The notes: generated from the sequence alone by a model not told the origin. Shown: positions 15,764 to 24,628, counted from the stretch's first letter. The stretch is DNA of 26,942 bases from a virus (IMGVR_UViG_3300033076_000132:1-26942); one strand, 5' to 3'. Numbers and translations are program-made.

Positions 15764-17961
15764 GCGGCAATTCGCTTGACAAACCGATTGAGTAGAACGC
15801 GGGAGATGGCTTTCTTTTCGGAAAACTTGATAAATTCCGATGCCATCTTGCGCTTGGTCATAGACGAGTCCACATTGAGGTTATTAGTGGAAACATTGAA
15901 CAACCTAGGGTTGATAATGTAGTATTCGTCATAACCAGCAGCCGTGGTGCTATAGAAACCTTCCGCAGCCCAAAACTTTTTGGACACTTCGTGATCCTCA
16001 GTCTTACCGTAGCCATTGAACTTCCGATAGGAACTTTCAAAGCCATCGCCGCAGATATAAAAGCCGAGCAGATTGCATCCAGTCCGATCTTTGAGAACAC
16101 GGAGCAGCAAGGTCGTCATTGCCGACGAAGAATAAGGATACCGCTTACCGTAATAATCATTATTAGAACGAATATCATAAGTTTTTTTAGTGATATCGTC
16201 CTGAAGGATGAACTTGCGTTCCTTGTGAGTATAACCAAGACCGCAGATTGAACCAACTGGATCGGAATCGCCGTCAGTCAGGAAGATTGTGTTTACAATC
16301 TGAACCTTAGACTTGGCTTTGAACCGATTGACAACCAGATCAGCCATTGCAATACAATCGTTCAGCGGAGTGGAGTTCATGTCATCACAACGGAAATGAC
16401 CACCACAGCCCATCATGTAAAGATGGAGCATAGCCTCATTGAGTTCCTGCGTATTCATGCGCGAGGACAGAATGTTTCGCGCAATGAAAGAACGAAGTTC
16501 CAGCTCATGAATGTTCTTTGTCCAGAACGGCGTATCGTCAATTTTATCATTATACGATACGCTGCGGAAAGTGTAGACCTCAAACGGGATCTGCACCTGC
16601 TTACAGAACATGACCAGTGAGAACAATTGCTTGATGGTCTTCTTGAGATTGGATTGCATAGAGCCAGACCAGTCAACAAACATGACGAAGCCATGATTCT
16701 TACCAGTCGCAACGGTCGTGATACGACGGAACAGGTCGTCATTATACTTGTATGAATGCAACTTGTTGGTGTCAATCACGCCTGTCTTTGAAACGCTGGT
16801 GCGGGCATATTCATCTGCCGACTTCCGCATTTCAAATTCCTTGACCATATAAGAGATGGTATTCTTCTCAGCGGCCTTGAACTTTTGGAGTTCATTACGA
16901 ACCGCAATTACCCAATCACCACGATTAGCAGCTTCGGCCCGTTGTTCGGCTAGAACAATCTTGTAATCCACAACCATCTTGTTATAGTTGGTCGGACGAG
17001 GAATTTTCACATAGACATATTCCTCGTTGGAGTTCATAACAAGGTCTTCCTGAGACTTTTGCCAAGCTTTTTCAGTTTCAGACTCGGGCAGAGGTTCATC
17101 TCGGTTTGCACCGTCCATGATATCGCCATCAGAACCAGCGTCATCATCAGTTTCATTCGCACCAGTTTCGGCAGCGTCATCATCGGACTCGGCTTCGTCC
17201 TCATCCTCATCGGCATAAGAAGAACCAGAGGACATATTGTCCTCGTCATCAAATTCCTCGTCATCGCCGAAGTCGGAGAAATCTTCGTCATCACCAGCAT
17301 CGCCAGACTTTTGACGCATGTCCGTTTCGTCGGAGTTGTCATCTTCACGTTCGTCCATCTTGCGCTTAGACCACGCATAGATTTCCTCAGTGAGATTTAC
17401 GACCTCATCAAAAGTTTCGGCCGCTTCAACTTTGGCGAGCCATGCCTTTTCTTCGGCATTGAACTTGATGCCGAGCATGGAGCCGCCCTTACAGTAAATG
17501 TTCAGGCGATCAATAAACTCCATGGTGTTTACATCACGGGTTGCGGTACCGAAGAAATCCCGTTCAATGAGTTCCTTGTAACCCTTGACATAGTTGCGGC
17601 GGGCACCAGGGAAGCGGCGCTTCTGGCGCTTGTCAATGCGGGCGTCCTCAATCACATTGAGAAAGCCTTTGACCGCGGCGATAGAACGATTGGAAGTAGA
17701 ACCAGCAATGCGCTTGGCAATGTCGGTGATAGTTTCAATCAGACCATCAGCTGGAGTGTCCAGAGCATGGCCGACTTCATGCACCACCAGAAGGTCGTAC
17801 AGGTCATCAGACATTTCACGCCAGACAGGAAGACACAGGACGCGAGTCTTAACATCAAACCATGCGGTCTTGGCATCAGGCTTATGCTGAACGGTAATGT
17901 TTTCCGTAGCCAGTAGCTTAGCCAGCTGGCTCTTGGCATTATGATTATGAGTCGTTTCCAT
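15760..17961 (-). CDS. CobT-like protein: N-terminal HExxH metallopeptidase-like domain, acidic linker, C-terminal vWA domain
   Basis: HEVGH, NVIEDARID, long D/E-rich linker, MIDAS DWSGS...TP...TDG; adjacent to the MoxR ATPase. Start probably ATG 17961 (AGGA SD). Confidence 0.88.
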   Translation of the reverse strand: METTHNHNAKSQLAKLLATENITVQHKPDAKTAWFDVKTRVLCLPVWREMSDDLYDLLVVHEVGHALDTPADGLIETITDIAKRIAGSTSNRSIAAVKGFLNVIEDARIDKRQKRRFPGARRNYVKGYKELIERDFFGTATRDVNTMEFIDRLNIYCKGGSMLGIKFNAEEKAWLAKVEAAETFDEVVNLTEEIYAWSKRKMDEREDDNSDETDMRQKSGDAGDDEDFSDFGDDEEFDDEDNMSSGSSYADEDEDEAESDDDAAETGANETDDDAGSDGDIMDGANRDEPLPESETEKAWQKSQEDLVMNSNEEYVYVKIPRPTNYNKMVVDYKIVLAEQRAEAANRGDWVIAVRNELQKFKAAEKNTISYMVKEFEMRKSADEYARTSVSKTGVIDTNKLHSYKYNDDLFRRITTVATGKNHGFVMFVDWSGSMQSNLKKTIKQLFSLVMFCKQVQIPFEVYTFRSVSYNDKIDDTPFWTKNIHELELRSFIARNILSSRMNTQELNEAMLHLYMMGCGGHFRCDDMNSTPLNDCIAMADLVVNRFKAKSKVQIVNTIFLTDGDSDPVGSICGLGYTHKERKFILQDDITKKTYDIRSNNDYYGKRYPYSSSAMTTLLLRVLKDRTGCNLLGFYICGDGFESSYRKFNGYGKTEDHEVSKKFWAAEGFYSTTAAGYDEYYIINPRLFNVSTNNLNVDSSMTKRKMASEFIKFSEKKAISRVLLNRFVKRIAA

Positions 17962-17985
17962 GTTCTGTCCTGTCATTATGGACAT

Positions 17986-18014
17986 ATCCTACAGTGAGTC
18001 GCAGGTAATGTCAA
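17986..18014 (-). promoter_or_regulatory. Sigma70 promoter for the vWA gene
   Basis: TTGACA (contains upstream TGA stop), 17 nt, TAGGAT. Confidence 0.75.
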
Positions 18015-18286
18015 CCGATATAAACAAGCAATACGGCTTTACTGTCGGGTTGCTTGTAAGTTGCAATGTGAATATTGTCTGCTTTGGAATACATGACTTT
18101 GTAAAGCTTGAACGGCTTCTCATTTCCGTATGAAGTTTCGATATAGTCGGGAAACGCTAAATCATGAGAGATGGCAGCAAGATCAACATGGAAAACGTTG
18201 GTCTTAGATTCAAAGACGATCCCAGTGATAAGATGAGAATCGTCTACGCGGAGGGGTTCAGTATCGTGGGTGTATGTTATTGTCAT
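18011..18286 (-). CDS. Hypothetical protein (about 91 aa), possibly leaderless
   Basis: Start at ATG 18286 (MTITYTHD); the longer track version overlaps a hairpin and promoter-like sequence; no SD visible. Confidence 0.6.
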   Translation of the reverse strand: MTITYTHDTEPLRVDDSHLITGIVFESKTNVFHVDLAAISHDLAFPDYIETSYGNEKPFKLYKVMYSKADNIHIATYKQPDSKAVLLVYIG

Positions 18287-18293
18287 ATACAAT

Positions 18294-18322
18294 ATATGGG
18301 TATGGCAACCCCGATTTACAAG
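18294..18322 (-). promoter_or_regulatory. Possible RpoH-like or alphaproteobacterial promoter
   Basis: CTTGTAA, 15 nt, CCCATAT, ending 7 nt before the ATG at 18286. Confidence 0.4.
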
Positions 18323-18328
18323 TGGCGC

Positions 18329-18364
18329 AAAAGAATACCAGCTATGCAGGGTTCGCATAGCTGG
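18329..18364 (-). terminator. Hairpin / probable terminator after the GREB1-like GT genes
   Basis: Perfect 10-bp stem CCAGCTATGC/GCATAGCTGG (18338-18364), 7-nt loop, followed by TATTCTTTT. Confidence 0.6.
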
Positions 18365-18365
18365 C

Positions 18366-18408
18366 TGGCTAAGTCATTGATTTCATTGAGTATGGCTAAG
18401 TCTTTGAT
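18366..18408. repeat. Imperfect 16-bp direct repeat, 2 copies, 27-nt period
   Basis: TGGCTAAGTCATTGAT (18366-18381) and TGGCTAAGTCTTTGAT (18393-18408). Confidence 0.75.
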
Positions 18409-19370
18409 ATCTTTTTGAGAATCATCCCGTAATTGTTGACTTTAGGTAAAGTGGACAGATCAATTCCAGGTTTCAATCTTAACCGATTATCTTCTGGACC
18501 TAAACCGATGTTTCGGCGAATCTGTAACTGGTCTGGATTCAATTCCCGCTCGGGCTTTTGAAACGGAAGATAATCCACATAATGATGCCAACGACCATAA
18601 CGCCATACCATACGGGCAACATCAGGATGCATATCGACCAGCATCTGAGATTTATTGATTGTGCCTGTAGAGTTCAATTGACCATCACGCCACTTGCTCT
18701 TGTCAAGTTCACCTTCTGCATGATAAAACTCTGCTGTGTTACCGCCTTTGACAGTTTGCGTTGCAGCTTTACCTTGCAGAAACGCATTGAACTGAATTGT
18801 ACAATCTCCATCTTTTAGGACACGAAGGCAAATGTCAGTATCTTCGTTGTATCGACCACGCCAACGATGCTTACAGTTATTTGAAATCAGCAGCGTTGAA
18901 TAGATGCGAGTGTTGATTGTGAATGGCTGATATGCTTGATTAGGTGCAATGAAGAAGCGATACTGCAATCCTGAAATAGGAACATTCTCAAATCGATCTA
19001 CAAAGTCTTCGCATATCTTGAAGCACACGCCAGACTCTACACGAATACGTTGATTTTGATGAAGTCGATAGAAGTCTTGAATGTTATCATCCATAACCCA
19101 ATGCTTTTCAGCACCTATAGAGATTGCGTGATCCCAACACCAATTTCGAGCGCGACCAGGACCATCGCCGTGATTACTAAAAGGAGCAACAAGTAAGGTA
19201 ACGAACTCTCGAATGTCAAAAGTATCTAAAGCTTCTTCATACAAATTTTCTTCTTGAGGTTCAATCGCAATATAATGAGGAACTTTCATTCGCGCGAGTG
19301 AGCGCGAAGTCAGCATGGAATCATGCCTGCCTTTGGATATGATATATACTGGATGCGTAGGATTTGTCAT
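18396..19370 (-). CDS. GREB1-like / TET-associated (TAGT) family glycosyltransferase
   Basis: PVYIISKGR, ARNWCWDH, HWVMDDNI, TRIYS, WRGRYNEDTD, TQTVKGGNT, RWHHYVDY. Confidence 0.8.
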   Translation of the reverse strand: MTNPTHPVYIISKGRHDSMLTSRSLARMKVPHYIAIEPQEENLYEEALDTFDIREFVTLLVAPFSNHGDGPGRARNWCWDHAISIGAEKHWVMDDNIQDFYRLHQNQRIRVESGVCFKICEDFVDRFENVPISGLQYRFFIAPNQAYQPFTINTRIYSTLLISNNCKHRWRGRYNEDTDICLRVLKDGDCTIQFNAFLQGKAATQTVKGGNTAEFYHAEGELDKSKWRDGQLNSTGTINKSQMLVDMHPDVARMVWRYGRWHHYVDYLPFQKPERELNPDQLQIRRNIGLGPEDNRLRLKPGIDLSTLPKVNNYGMILKKISKT

Positions 19371-20257
19371 TCAAAAAAACTTTCCAAACTAGTCTGTCTC
19401 ATCTTTCCAATTTTATAAGCTTTACTCCATTCGATTTTGCTCTTGCCAAAATCACGATAGCCGCCTCTAACACGATTACCTTCGGAATCATAAAGTATAG
19501 TATACACCTCTGGGAATAACTTTTCAAGATGTTTATGATCTTTTAGAGTTTGTTCGTATGTTTGCTGATCCCATACCGTAGATTTCATCTTCTTATTGTT
19601 GCTGGTATTGAACATGACGAACTCGCTTGATACTCTGTTTCCATATCCACGAGAAAGTAAACTCAAAAGAAAACAAGCATCTTCACCAACTCTAACAGAA
19701 GTCAAATCTAATTCAGACAAGATATCTTTGAAGTGATTACCATTGATCCAGAATGCAGAAGTAAGTGAAGTGTTATTACGAAAGGCTTCTGCTTCGTCAT
19801 AAGACACTTGCTCATAAGCGCCAGAAGGTGGATTCTCTACTTGAGAGCATCCACAAACTGTCACGTCCGATAAGTCTAACCAACGATCAAACATGGAAAA
19901 CATCTGATCGAAGTCTTCTTCTGTACATTCGCGTCTTGATGTTGGCATATTAGATGAACCGCCAAAGTATTTCGCGTTTCTTCGACCAAATACAATGTCA
20001 TCATCGAACAGACAATACTTCATGTTCTGTCCAGCATCATAGATGAACTTTCTTGTTTTTGGTAAACAGTAGTAATCACTAAAATGATATTCTTGAGTGT
20101 CGGGTAAAACTAGATATTCACAATCATAGGTGTATAGAGGTCTTTCCCACGCTTGTACAACCATCACGACATTCTTCTTATACTTGTCAGGAAGATTGTT
20201 GAATGTGATCTGATTGTCAACCCTATGAACTGTAGGAATGAATATCTTTTCGATCAT
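19367..20257 (-). CDS. Second, divergent GREB1-like / TAGT glycosyltransferase
   Basis: IFIPTVHR, TRKFIYD, LFDDDI, GEDACFLLSLLSRGY, terminal IEWSKAYK. Start at ATG 20257 (ATGA overlap). Confidence 0.72.
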   Translation of the reverse strand: MIEKIFIPTVHRVDNQITFNNLPDKYKKNVVMVVQAWERPLYTYDCEYLVLPDTQEYHFSDYYCLPKTRKFIYDAGQNMKYCLFDDDIVFGRRNAKYFGGSSNMPTSRRECTEEDFDQMFSMFDRWLDLSDVTVCGCSQVENPPSGAYEQVSYDEAEAFRNNTSLTSAFWINGNHFKDILSELDLTSVRVGEDACFLLSLLSRGYGNRVSSEFVMFNTSNNKKMKSTVWDQQTYEQTLKDHKHLEKLFPEVYTILYDSEGNRVRGGYRDFGKSKIEWSKAYKIGKMRQTSLESFFE

Positions 20258-20586
20258 TCTTCGAACCAACGTTTCAAACTGTTTTCATCCTTAGCAAGAT
20301 GTGGATACCACATGCTTTTGGTCTTGTTACTAATTGTCTGCTCATCATCAAAAGTCTTATACTTCTTTACAAACTCTTTGAAGTCTTGCTCGTTTCGGAA
20401 ATGAACATAGATTGTCTTGAACGGAGGATTATCTTTCTGTTCAAACTCTGGCATGCCAACCCAAAGTTTTTCTTTCTCGTTCTGTTCTTCTTCCATGCCA
20501 AGAAACTCTGCGAGTGTTGGATCACGCGGAGTTTCTTCTTTCTTGCCTAAGAAGTTATCGTATTCTGCGGATTCTTTTACTGTCAT
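20254..20586 (-). CDS. Conserved small protein upstream of the GREB1-like GTs
   Basis: WVGMPEFEQ, VHFRNEQD, TKSMWYP; ATGA overlaps on both sides. Confidence 0.75.
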   Translation of the reverse strand: MTVKESAEYDNFLGKKEETPRDPTLAEFLGMEEEQNEKEKLWVGMPEFEQKDNPPFKTIYVHFRNEQDFKEFVKKYKTFDDEQTISNKTKSMWYPHLAKDENSLKRWFEE

Positions 20587-21041
20587 GTCACTAGCCTATT
20601 ATGTTCCATAAGATACTTTTCATATTTGTCTTTGTTATTTTCATATATGCCTAAACCAAAGTTGCAAGTCTTACAGAGAATACCTCTGTATTTACCTGTA
20701 TTATGATCATGATCTACTTGTGGCATATTCATAACTGTATCGCATATCTTGCACCTATTGTCTTGTATTGTCAATTCTAAAAGATACTTTTCGTAAGTGA
20801 AGTCAACAATACCATGTCTTTGCCAGTTATGTTCCCTCATTCTTTTGCGATTGTTTTTACGATACTCTGCCGCGGCAGCAGGATCATATCTCTCTTTATT
20901 TTTTTGAAGAAACACTTCTCTATTTTCTTGATATTTGATTTTGCCTTTAGCTCTCAACTCTTCTTTATTTCTTTCCCTATAAAGACGAGCATAATCAGGA
21001 TGCGATCTTTCTGGTAAATCAGGATACTTTCTTTTTCTCAT
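20583..21041 (-). CDS. Free-standing endonuclease VII-like HNH (His-Me) endonuclease, probable homing endonuclease
   Basis: Basic helical N-terminus; QDNRCKIC...VDHDHNTGKYRGILCKTCNFGLG. Start at ATG 21041 (GGAGG SD). AT-rich. Confidence 0.88.
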   Translation of the reverse strand: MRKRKYPDLPERSHPDYARLYRERNKEELRAKGKIKYQENREVFLQKNKERYDPAAAAEYRKNNRKRMREHNWQRHGIVDFTYEKYLLELTIQDNRCKICDTVMNMPQVDHDHNTGKYRGILCKTCNFGLGIYENNKDKYEKYLMEHNRLVT

Positions 21042-21047
21042 TGATAC

Positions 21048-21100
21048 CTCCAATAGTTTGTGAAAGTATTTATAATCCTGACAATCTCAAACTATTGAAG
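21048..21100 (-). promoter_or_regulatory. T4-type late promoter inside an RBS-sequestering hairpin
   Basis: TATAAATA at 21074-21067 between arms CTTCAATAGTTTG and CAAACTATTGGAG; the 3' arm contains GGAG of the SD. Confidence 0.85.
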
Positions 21101-22804
21101 TTGAGAGAAATTTCTTACTTTGATGAATCGATATGTCTTATCGAACTTATCGGCAATCGTATCCGTCTTATGAGATATAATAAACGTATTTGTATCGTCT
21201 GTCAATGTCTGAATGATCTTAAGGAACTCATCCGTGCCATTAGCATCTAGACTTCCATCAAGAATTTCATCCAGAATCAACAGATTGGTATTCACACTGT
21301 TCTTCATCTTGGCAATGGAACGCCAAGTAAACATGAGTGCAAGATCAATACGGGTCTTCTCACCTTCAGAAAAGTTGGCATAAGAAAACTCATCACGATA
21401 TCTTGACTTGATTACCTCATTGAAATTTTCGTCAATATTGAAGTTGACAAAGAAGCCCATCTTATCCAGGTACTTGTTTACCAGCTTATTAATGATTGGA
21501 ACATATTGCTTGATGATCTTAGTCTTGATGCCGCCATCTTTCAGTAGTGACATTGCCGTATCAATCAGAACACGCTCATTCAAACGATGCTGGACACCAT
21601 TTGTCAGTGTTGTGATGTCTGTAATCGCAGACTTCAATTCATCTTCACTGTCCATTACCATCTTATCAGCATTCTTGATCTTCTCAATCTGATCCTCGAT
21701 ATCATTCATTGTAGAAACAAAATGCATCATGGTCTGCTTATCAGCTTTGATTTCGGCATTGATCGCTTGAATGCGTTGAGATTTCTTTTCTCTATCATTT
21801 ATCTGAGATAGAATGTCATTCATTGATATTTCCATATCATTCGCATTCATACCGATCTTTACGATTTCATCACCTAATTCAATGACACGCTTCTCTCTAA
21901 ACAACTTGTCGATCTGCTGCTTACATGTTGGACAATCACTAGACTCTTTAAGAAAAGACTTTTCTCTATCAAGTCGCTGAGTTTCAGAATCCCATGAAGC
22001 AATTTGCTTGATGGCTCGTTCATATGTCTGTCTAAGTTCTGTAATATCCACAATCTCGTTTACAAGGTCTTCTTTCTCTTCTGCAAGATTTTTTACCTTG
22101 TCTAACAAATGTTTCTTTTGTTGTGTGAGATCATTATGCTGTCGTTCAAGTTCGATTAGTCGATCTTCGCTATTCTGTTTCAGATTAGACAATGTGCGCT
22201 CAACGTAAACTTTCTTATCTTCAGCAGATTTCAGCATAATGCGAAGCTGTTCAAGGCGCTCTTTGTTTTCTTGCCAACGCTGCTTTACCAGAAGATTCAT
22301 GACAGAGAAGACTTGAATGTCCAAAAGGTCTTCGATGATTGTGCGACGATCAGCGGTCGTCAACTGCATGAACGGTGTGAATGATGCTGAACCAAGAATA
22401 ACAATCTGACAGAAAGACTTCATGTTCATCTTGAGAATGAACTTTTCTAGATATTCCTGATAATCGCGTGAAGCCGAATCCTGATTGAGTAGATATCCGT
22501 CAACATAGATTTCAAAGATGTTGGGCTTGATGCCGCGAATGATCTTATAGTCTTTGCCATAAGCCTTGAACGTGATTTCTACTCGGCAGTCTTTACCGTT
22601 CACGCTATTGACAAGAGATGGCTTATTGATCTTACGAAAAGGTTTACCAAACAAAACAAAAGTAAGTGCGTCAAGAATGGTAGACTTACCATGCCCGTTC
22701 GCACCTACAATCAGATTGGTCTTGTTTGCGTTCAGTTCAATCTCTGTCCACGCATTTCCAGTTGACAGAAGGTTCTTCCATCTAATCACTTCAAATGTTA
22801 TCAT
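21092..22804 (-). CDS. gp46: Recombination ATPase gp46 (Rad50/SbcC-like)
   Basis: GANGHGKS, coiled coils with CPTC zinc hook, FSEGEK, LLILDE, IISH. Confidence 0.97.
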   Translation of the reverse strand: MITFEVIRWKNLLSTGNAWTEIELNANKTNLIVGANGHGKSTILDALTFVLFGKPFRKINKPSLVNSVNGKDCRVEITFKAYGKDYKIIRGIKPNIFEIYVDGYLLNQDSASRDYQEYLEKFILKMNMKSFCQIVILGSASFTPFMQLTTADRRTIIEDLLDIQVFSVMNLLVKQRWQENKERLEQLRIMLKSAEDKKVYVERTLSNLKQNSEDRLIELERQHNDLTQQKKHLLDKVKNLAEEKEDLVNEIVDITELRQTYERAIKQIASWDSETQRLDREKSFLKESSDCPTCKQQIDKLFREKRVIELGDEIVKIGMNANDMEISMNDILSQINDREKKSQRIQAINAEIKADKQTMMHFVSTMNDIEDQIEKIKNADKMVMDSEDELKSAITDITTLTNGVQHRLNERVLIDTAMSLLKDGGIKTKIIKQYVPIINKLVNKYLDKMGFFVNFNIDENFNEVIKSRYRDEFSYANFSEGEKTRIDLALMFTWRSIAKMKNSVNTNLLILDEILDGSLDANGTDEFLKIIQTLTDDTNTFIISHKTDTIADKFDKTYRFIKVRNFSQLQ

Positions 22805-23883
22805 TCAATATTCTCTAATGACAAAGCTTCGGTATAGATTTCTCGCATGTAATGTTTCATCTTATCAGATTCTACAGGCAGTGTCAAGCCCTGAATATAG
22901 TTATCCAGAATGGTAATCGTATCTTGTGCTTCGTCTACCAAATCATCCACATTGTTATCTATGAAACTGTTCACATCCTCAACAATGGAAATGTCAGCAG
23001 CTTGTGCTTGATATAACTTATCTAACAAAACATCAAATGCGTATGGATTAGTCTTATTTACGCAAACAACCTTGACATAACAATCTTTATACTTGGAATA
23101 GTCTGTCGCATTGATCTTCTCTACAATATCTTGATTCTTCACATCATCATAAGCGACCATATGAAATATGCGAAAAGGATTACGATGAAATACTGTACTG
23201 CGCGATTCTGTATCAAATACAACAAAGCCACGAGGGTCATTATAATCAGACCATACATGCTCACAGAAAGCACCAATGTAATGAATATTGTCCCGACTAC
23301 TACGGTGATGATAGTGACCAGTAAACACGCTATCAAAACGTCGAAAAACTTTGTGATCGTTTCCATGATCAGATAACATTCCCTTCTGCATTTCAAAGCC
23401 GCCAAGTTCTAGATGAGCAATGCAAACATCAGCCGTAGAGTTTTCTATCTCGCTTTGACAGTCTTTCTCGGCTTCTTTCGTGATCCACGGCAAAAGGAGA
23501 AACGAGCAATTATCGATCTCTATATGCTGAGGAGTTGAGTATGTATAGATGCTATCATAACGACCCCACACAAACTCTTCCAAAGCATTTACTTTATATG
23601 TGTCCTTGTAGTATTCGTCATGATTACCAGCAATGATATGAACTGGAATGTCAAGCTGACTCAAAGGTTCAAGAAAGTCTTTCCGAAGTCTATATGCGGT
23701 ATTTACATTGATATACTTACGACGGTCTACAAGGTCGCCAGCGTGGATCACATGCTTGATGTCATTTTCACGAATGAACGGAAGCAAGAACTCATCAACT
23801 GACTTCTTGAAGTAATCCAAAAAGACTGGGGAATCATTTCTGACTCCCCAATGAGTATCTGTGATAATAAGAACTTTAGCCAA
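22801..23883 (-). CDS. gp47: Recombination nuclease gp47 (Mre11/SbcD-like)
   Basis: TDTHWG, GDLVD, GNHD, AHLE, GHYH; ATGA overlap with gp46. Confidence 0.97.
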   Translation of the reverse strand: MAKVLIITDTHWGVRNDSPVFLDYFKKSVDEFLLPFIRENDIKHVIHAGDLVDRRKYINVNTAYRLRKDFLEPLSQLDIPVHIIAGNHDEYYKDTYKVNALEEFVWGRYDSIYTYSTPQHIEIDNCSFLLLPWITKEAEKDCQSEIENSTADVCIAHLELGGFEMQKGMLSDHGNDHKVFRRFDSVFTGHYHHRSSRDNIHYIGAFCEHVWSDYNDPRGFVVFDTESRSTVFHRNPFRIFHMVAYDDVKNQDIVEKINATDYSKYKDCYVKVVCVNKTNPYAFDVLLDKLYQAQAADISIVEDVNSFIDNNVDDLVDEAQDTITILDNYIQGLTLPVESDKMKHYMREIYTEALSLENIE

Positions 23884-24069
23884 TTAAGCCCTCTTCTTTC
23901 CTACTTTAGTTATGTAGGCTTCATTATCGTACTTTTTGATCGCTTTGTCAATAGCTTCTTTGATTGTTTCCAATCGTTGACGATAGTTTCCACGAATGTG
24001 AACATTTTCATTCTTGTTCAGGAGACTATTGATTAGATGTTCAATCTGAAACGGCACTTCGTTGTTCAT
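23884..24069 (-). CDS. Hypothetical protein (61 aa)
   Basis: GAGG SD, fills the gp55-gp47 gap, helical. Confidence 0.7.
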   Translation of the reverse strand: MNNEVPFQIEHLINSLLNKNENVHIRGNYRQRLETIKEAIDKAIKKYDNEAYITKVGKKRA

Positions 24070-24628
24070 TGATATCTTCCTCGTAAAACTTTATAAGCCC
24101 TTCTTTCGCAGTCTTTCTCTTTTCTTTCTTCACAGCTTCCTTCTTCTCAAATCTGTCCATGAACTCGCTGATATTATCATATATCTGATTAGGAACTAAA
24201 TGATTGTCATCGCTGTCTGTCAGCAGATTTGAATTTCCAAGATTTACAATTGTTTCTTGGAAGTTCTTGTATATAGTATACCGATTCTTTTCTTCCTTGT
24301 TTATGCGTCTTAGGAAAGCATAATAGATTACCTGAGTAAAATACGCAAACGGATTCTTACCAATATCTGGATTGTAATCGTTGAAATAAAGAATGCAGTT
24401 TTCTATTCCATCCGATATCATCTCGTCTCTATATGAGTAGTTGATGAAACAAGGTTTAGTGGAAAGTTTCTCAGCAATCTTCCAGATACATTCACCAATG
24501 TAGTCTGGTAACTTAGGATCTTGTAGACCCTTTTCTCTAGCTTCGGCAACTCGCTTCTTGTGTGCTAAAATCTCATTATAAAACTTGGCATTATCAACAT
24601 AATGGACACTCACTCTCTTTTTAATCAT
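24041..24628 (-). CDS. gp55: Late transcription sigma factor gp55
   Basis: HYVDN, YIGECIWKIA, FINYSYRDEMISDGIENC, NPFAYFTQVIYYAFLRRINKEEK. Confidence 0.96.
   Translation of the reverse strand: MIKKRVSVHYVDNAKFYNEILAHKKRVAEAREKGLQDPKLPDYIGECIWKIAEKLSTKPCFINYSYRDEMISDGIENCILYFNDYNPDIGKNPFAYFTQVIYYAFLRRINKEEKNRYTIYKNFQETIVNLGNSNLLTDSDDNHLVPNQIYDNISEFMDRFEKKEAVKKEKRKTAKEGLIKFYEEDINEQRSAVSD

Noticed and set aside
17059-17916. 285-aa plus-strand ORF with a hydrophobic stretch
   Set aside because: Mirror of the acidic linker codons of the vWA gene; not a credible membrane protein.
14475-17961. Cobalamin biosynthesis role for the cobS/cobT-like genes
   Set aside because: No cobN or other cob genes in the window; only the MoxR/vWA family assignment is supported.
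20583-21041. Core gp49 Holliday junction resolvase
   Set aside because: Nuclease motif is C-terminal to a basic helical region, unlike T4 gp49, and the gene is AT-rich and looks inserted; homing type is favoured but not proven.
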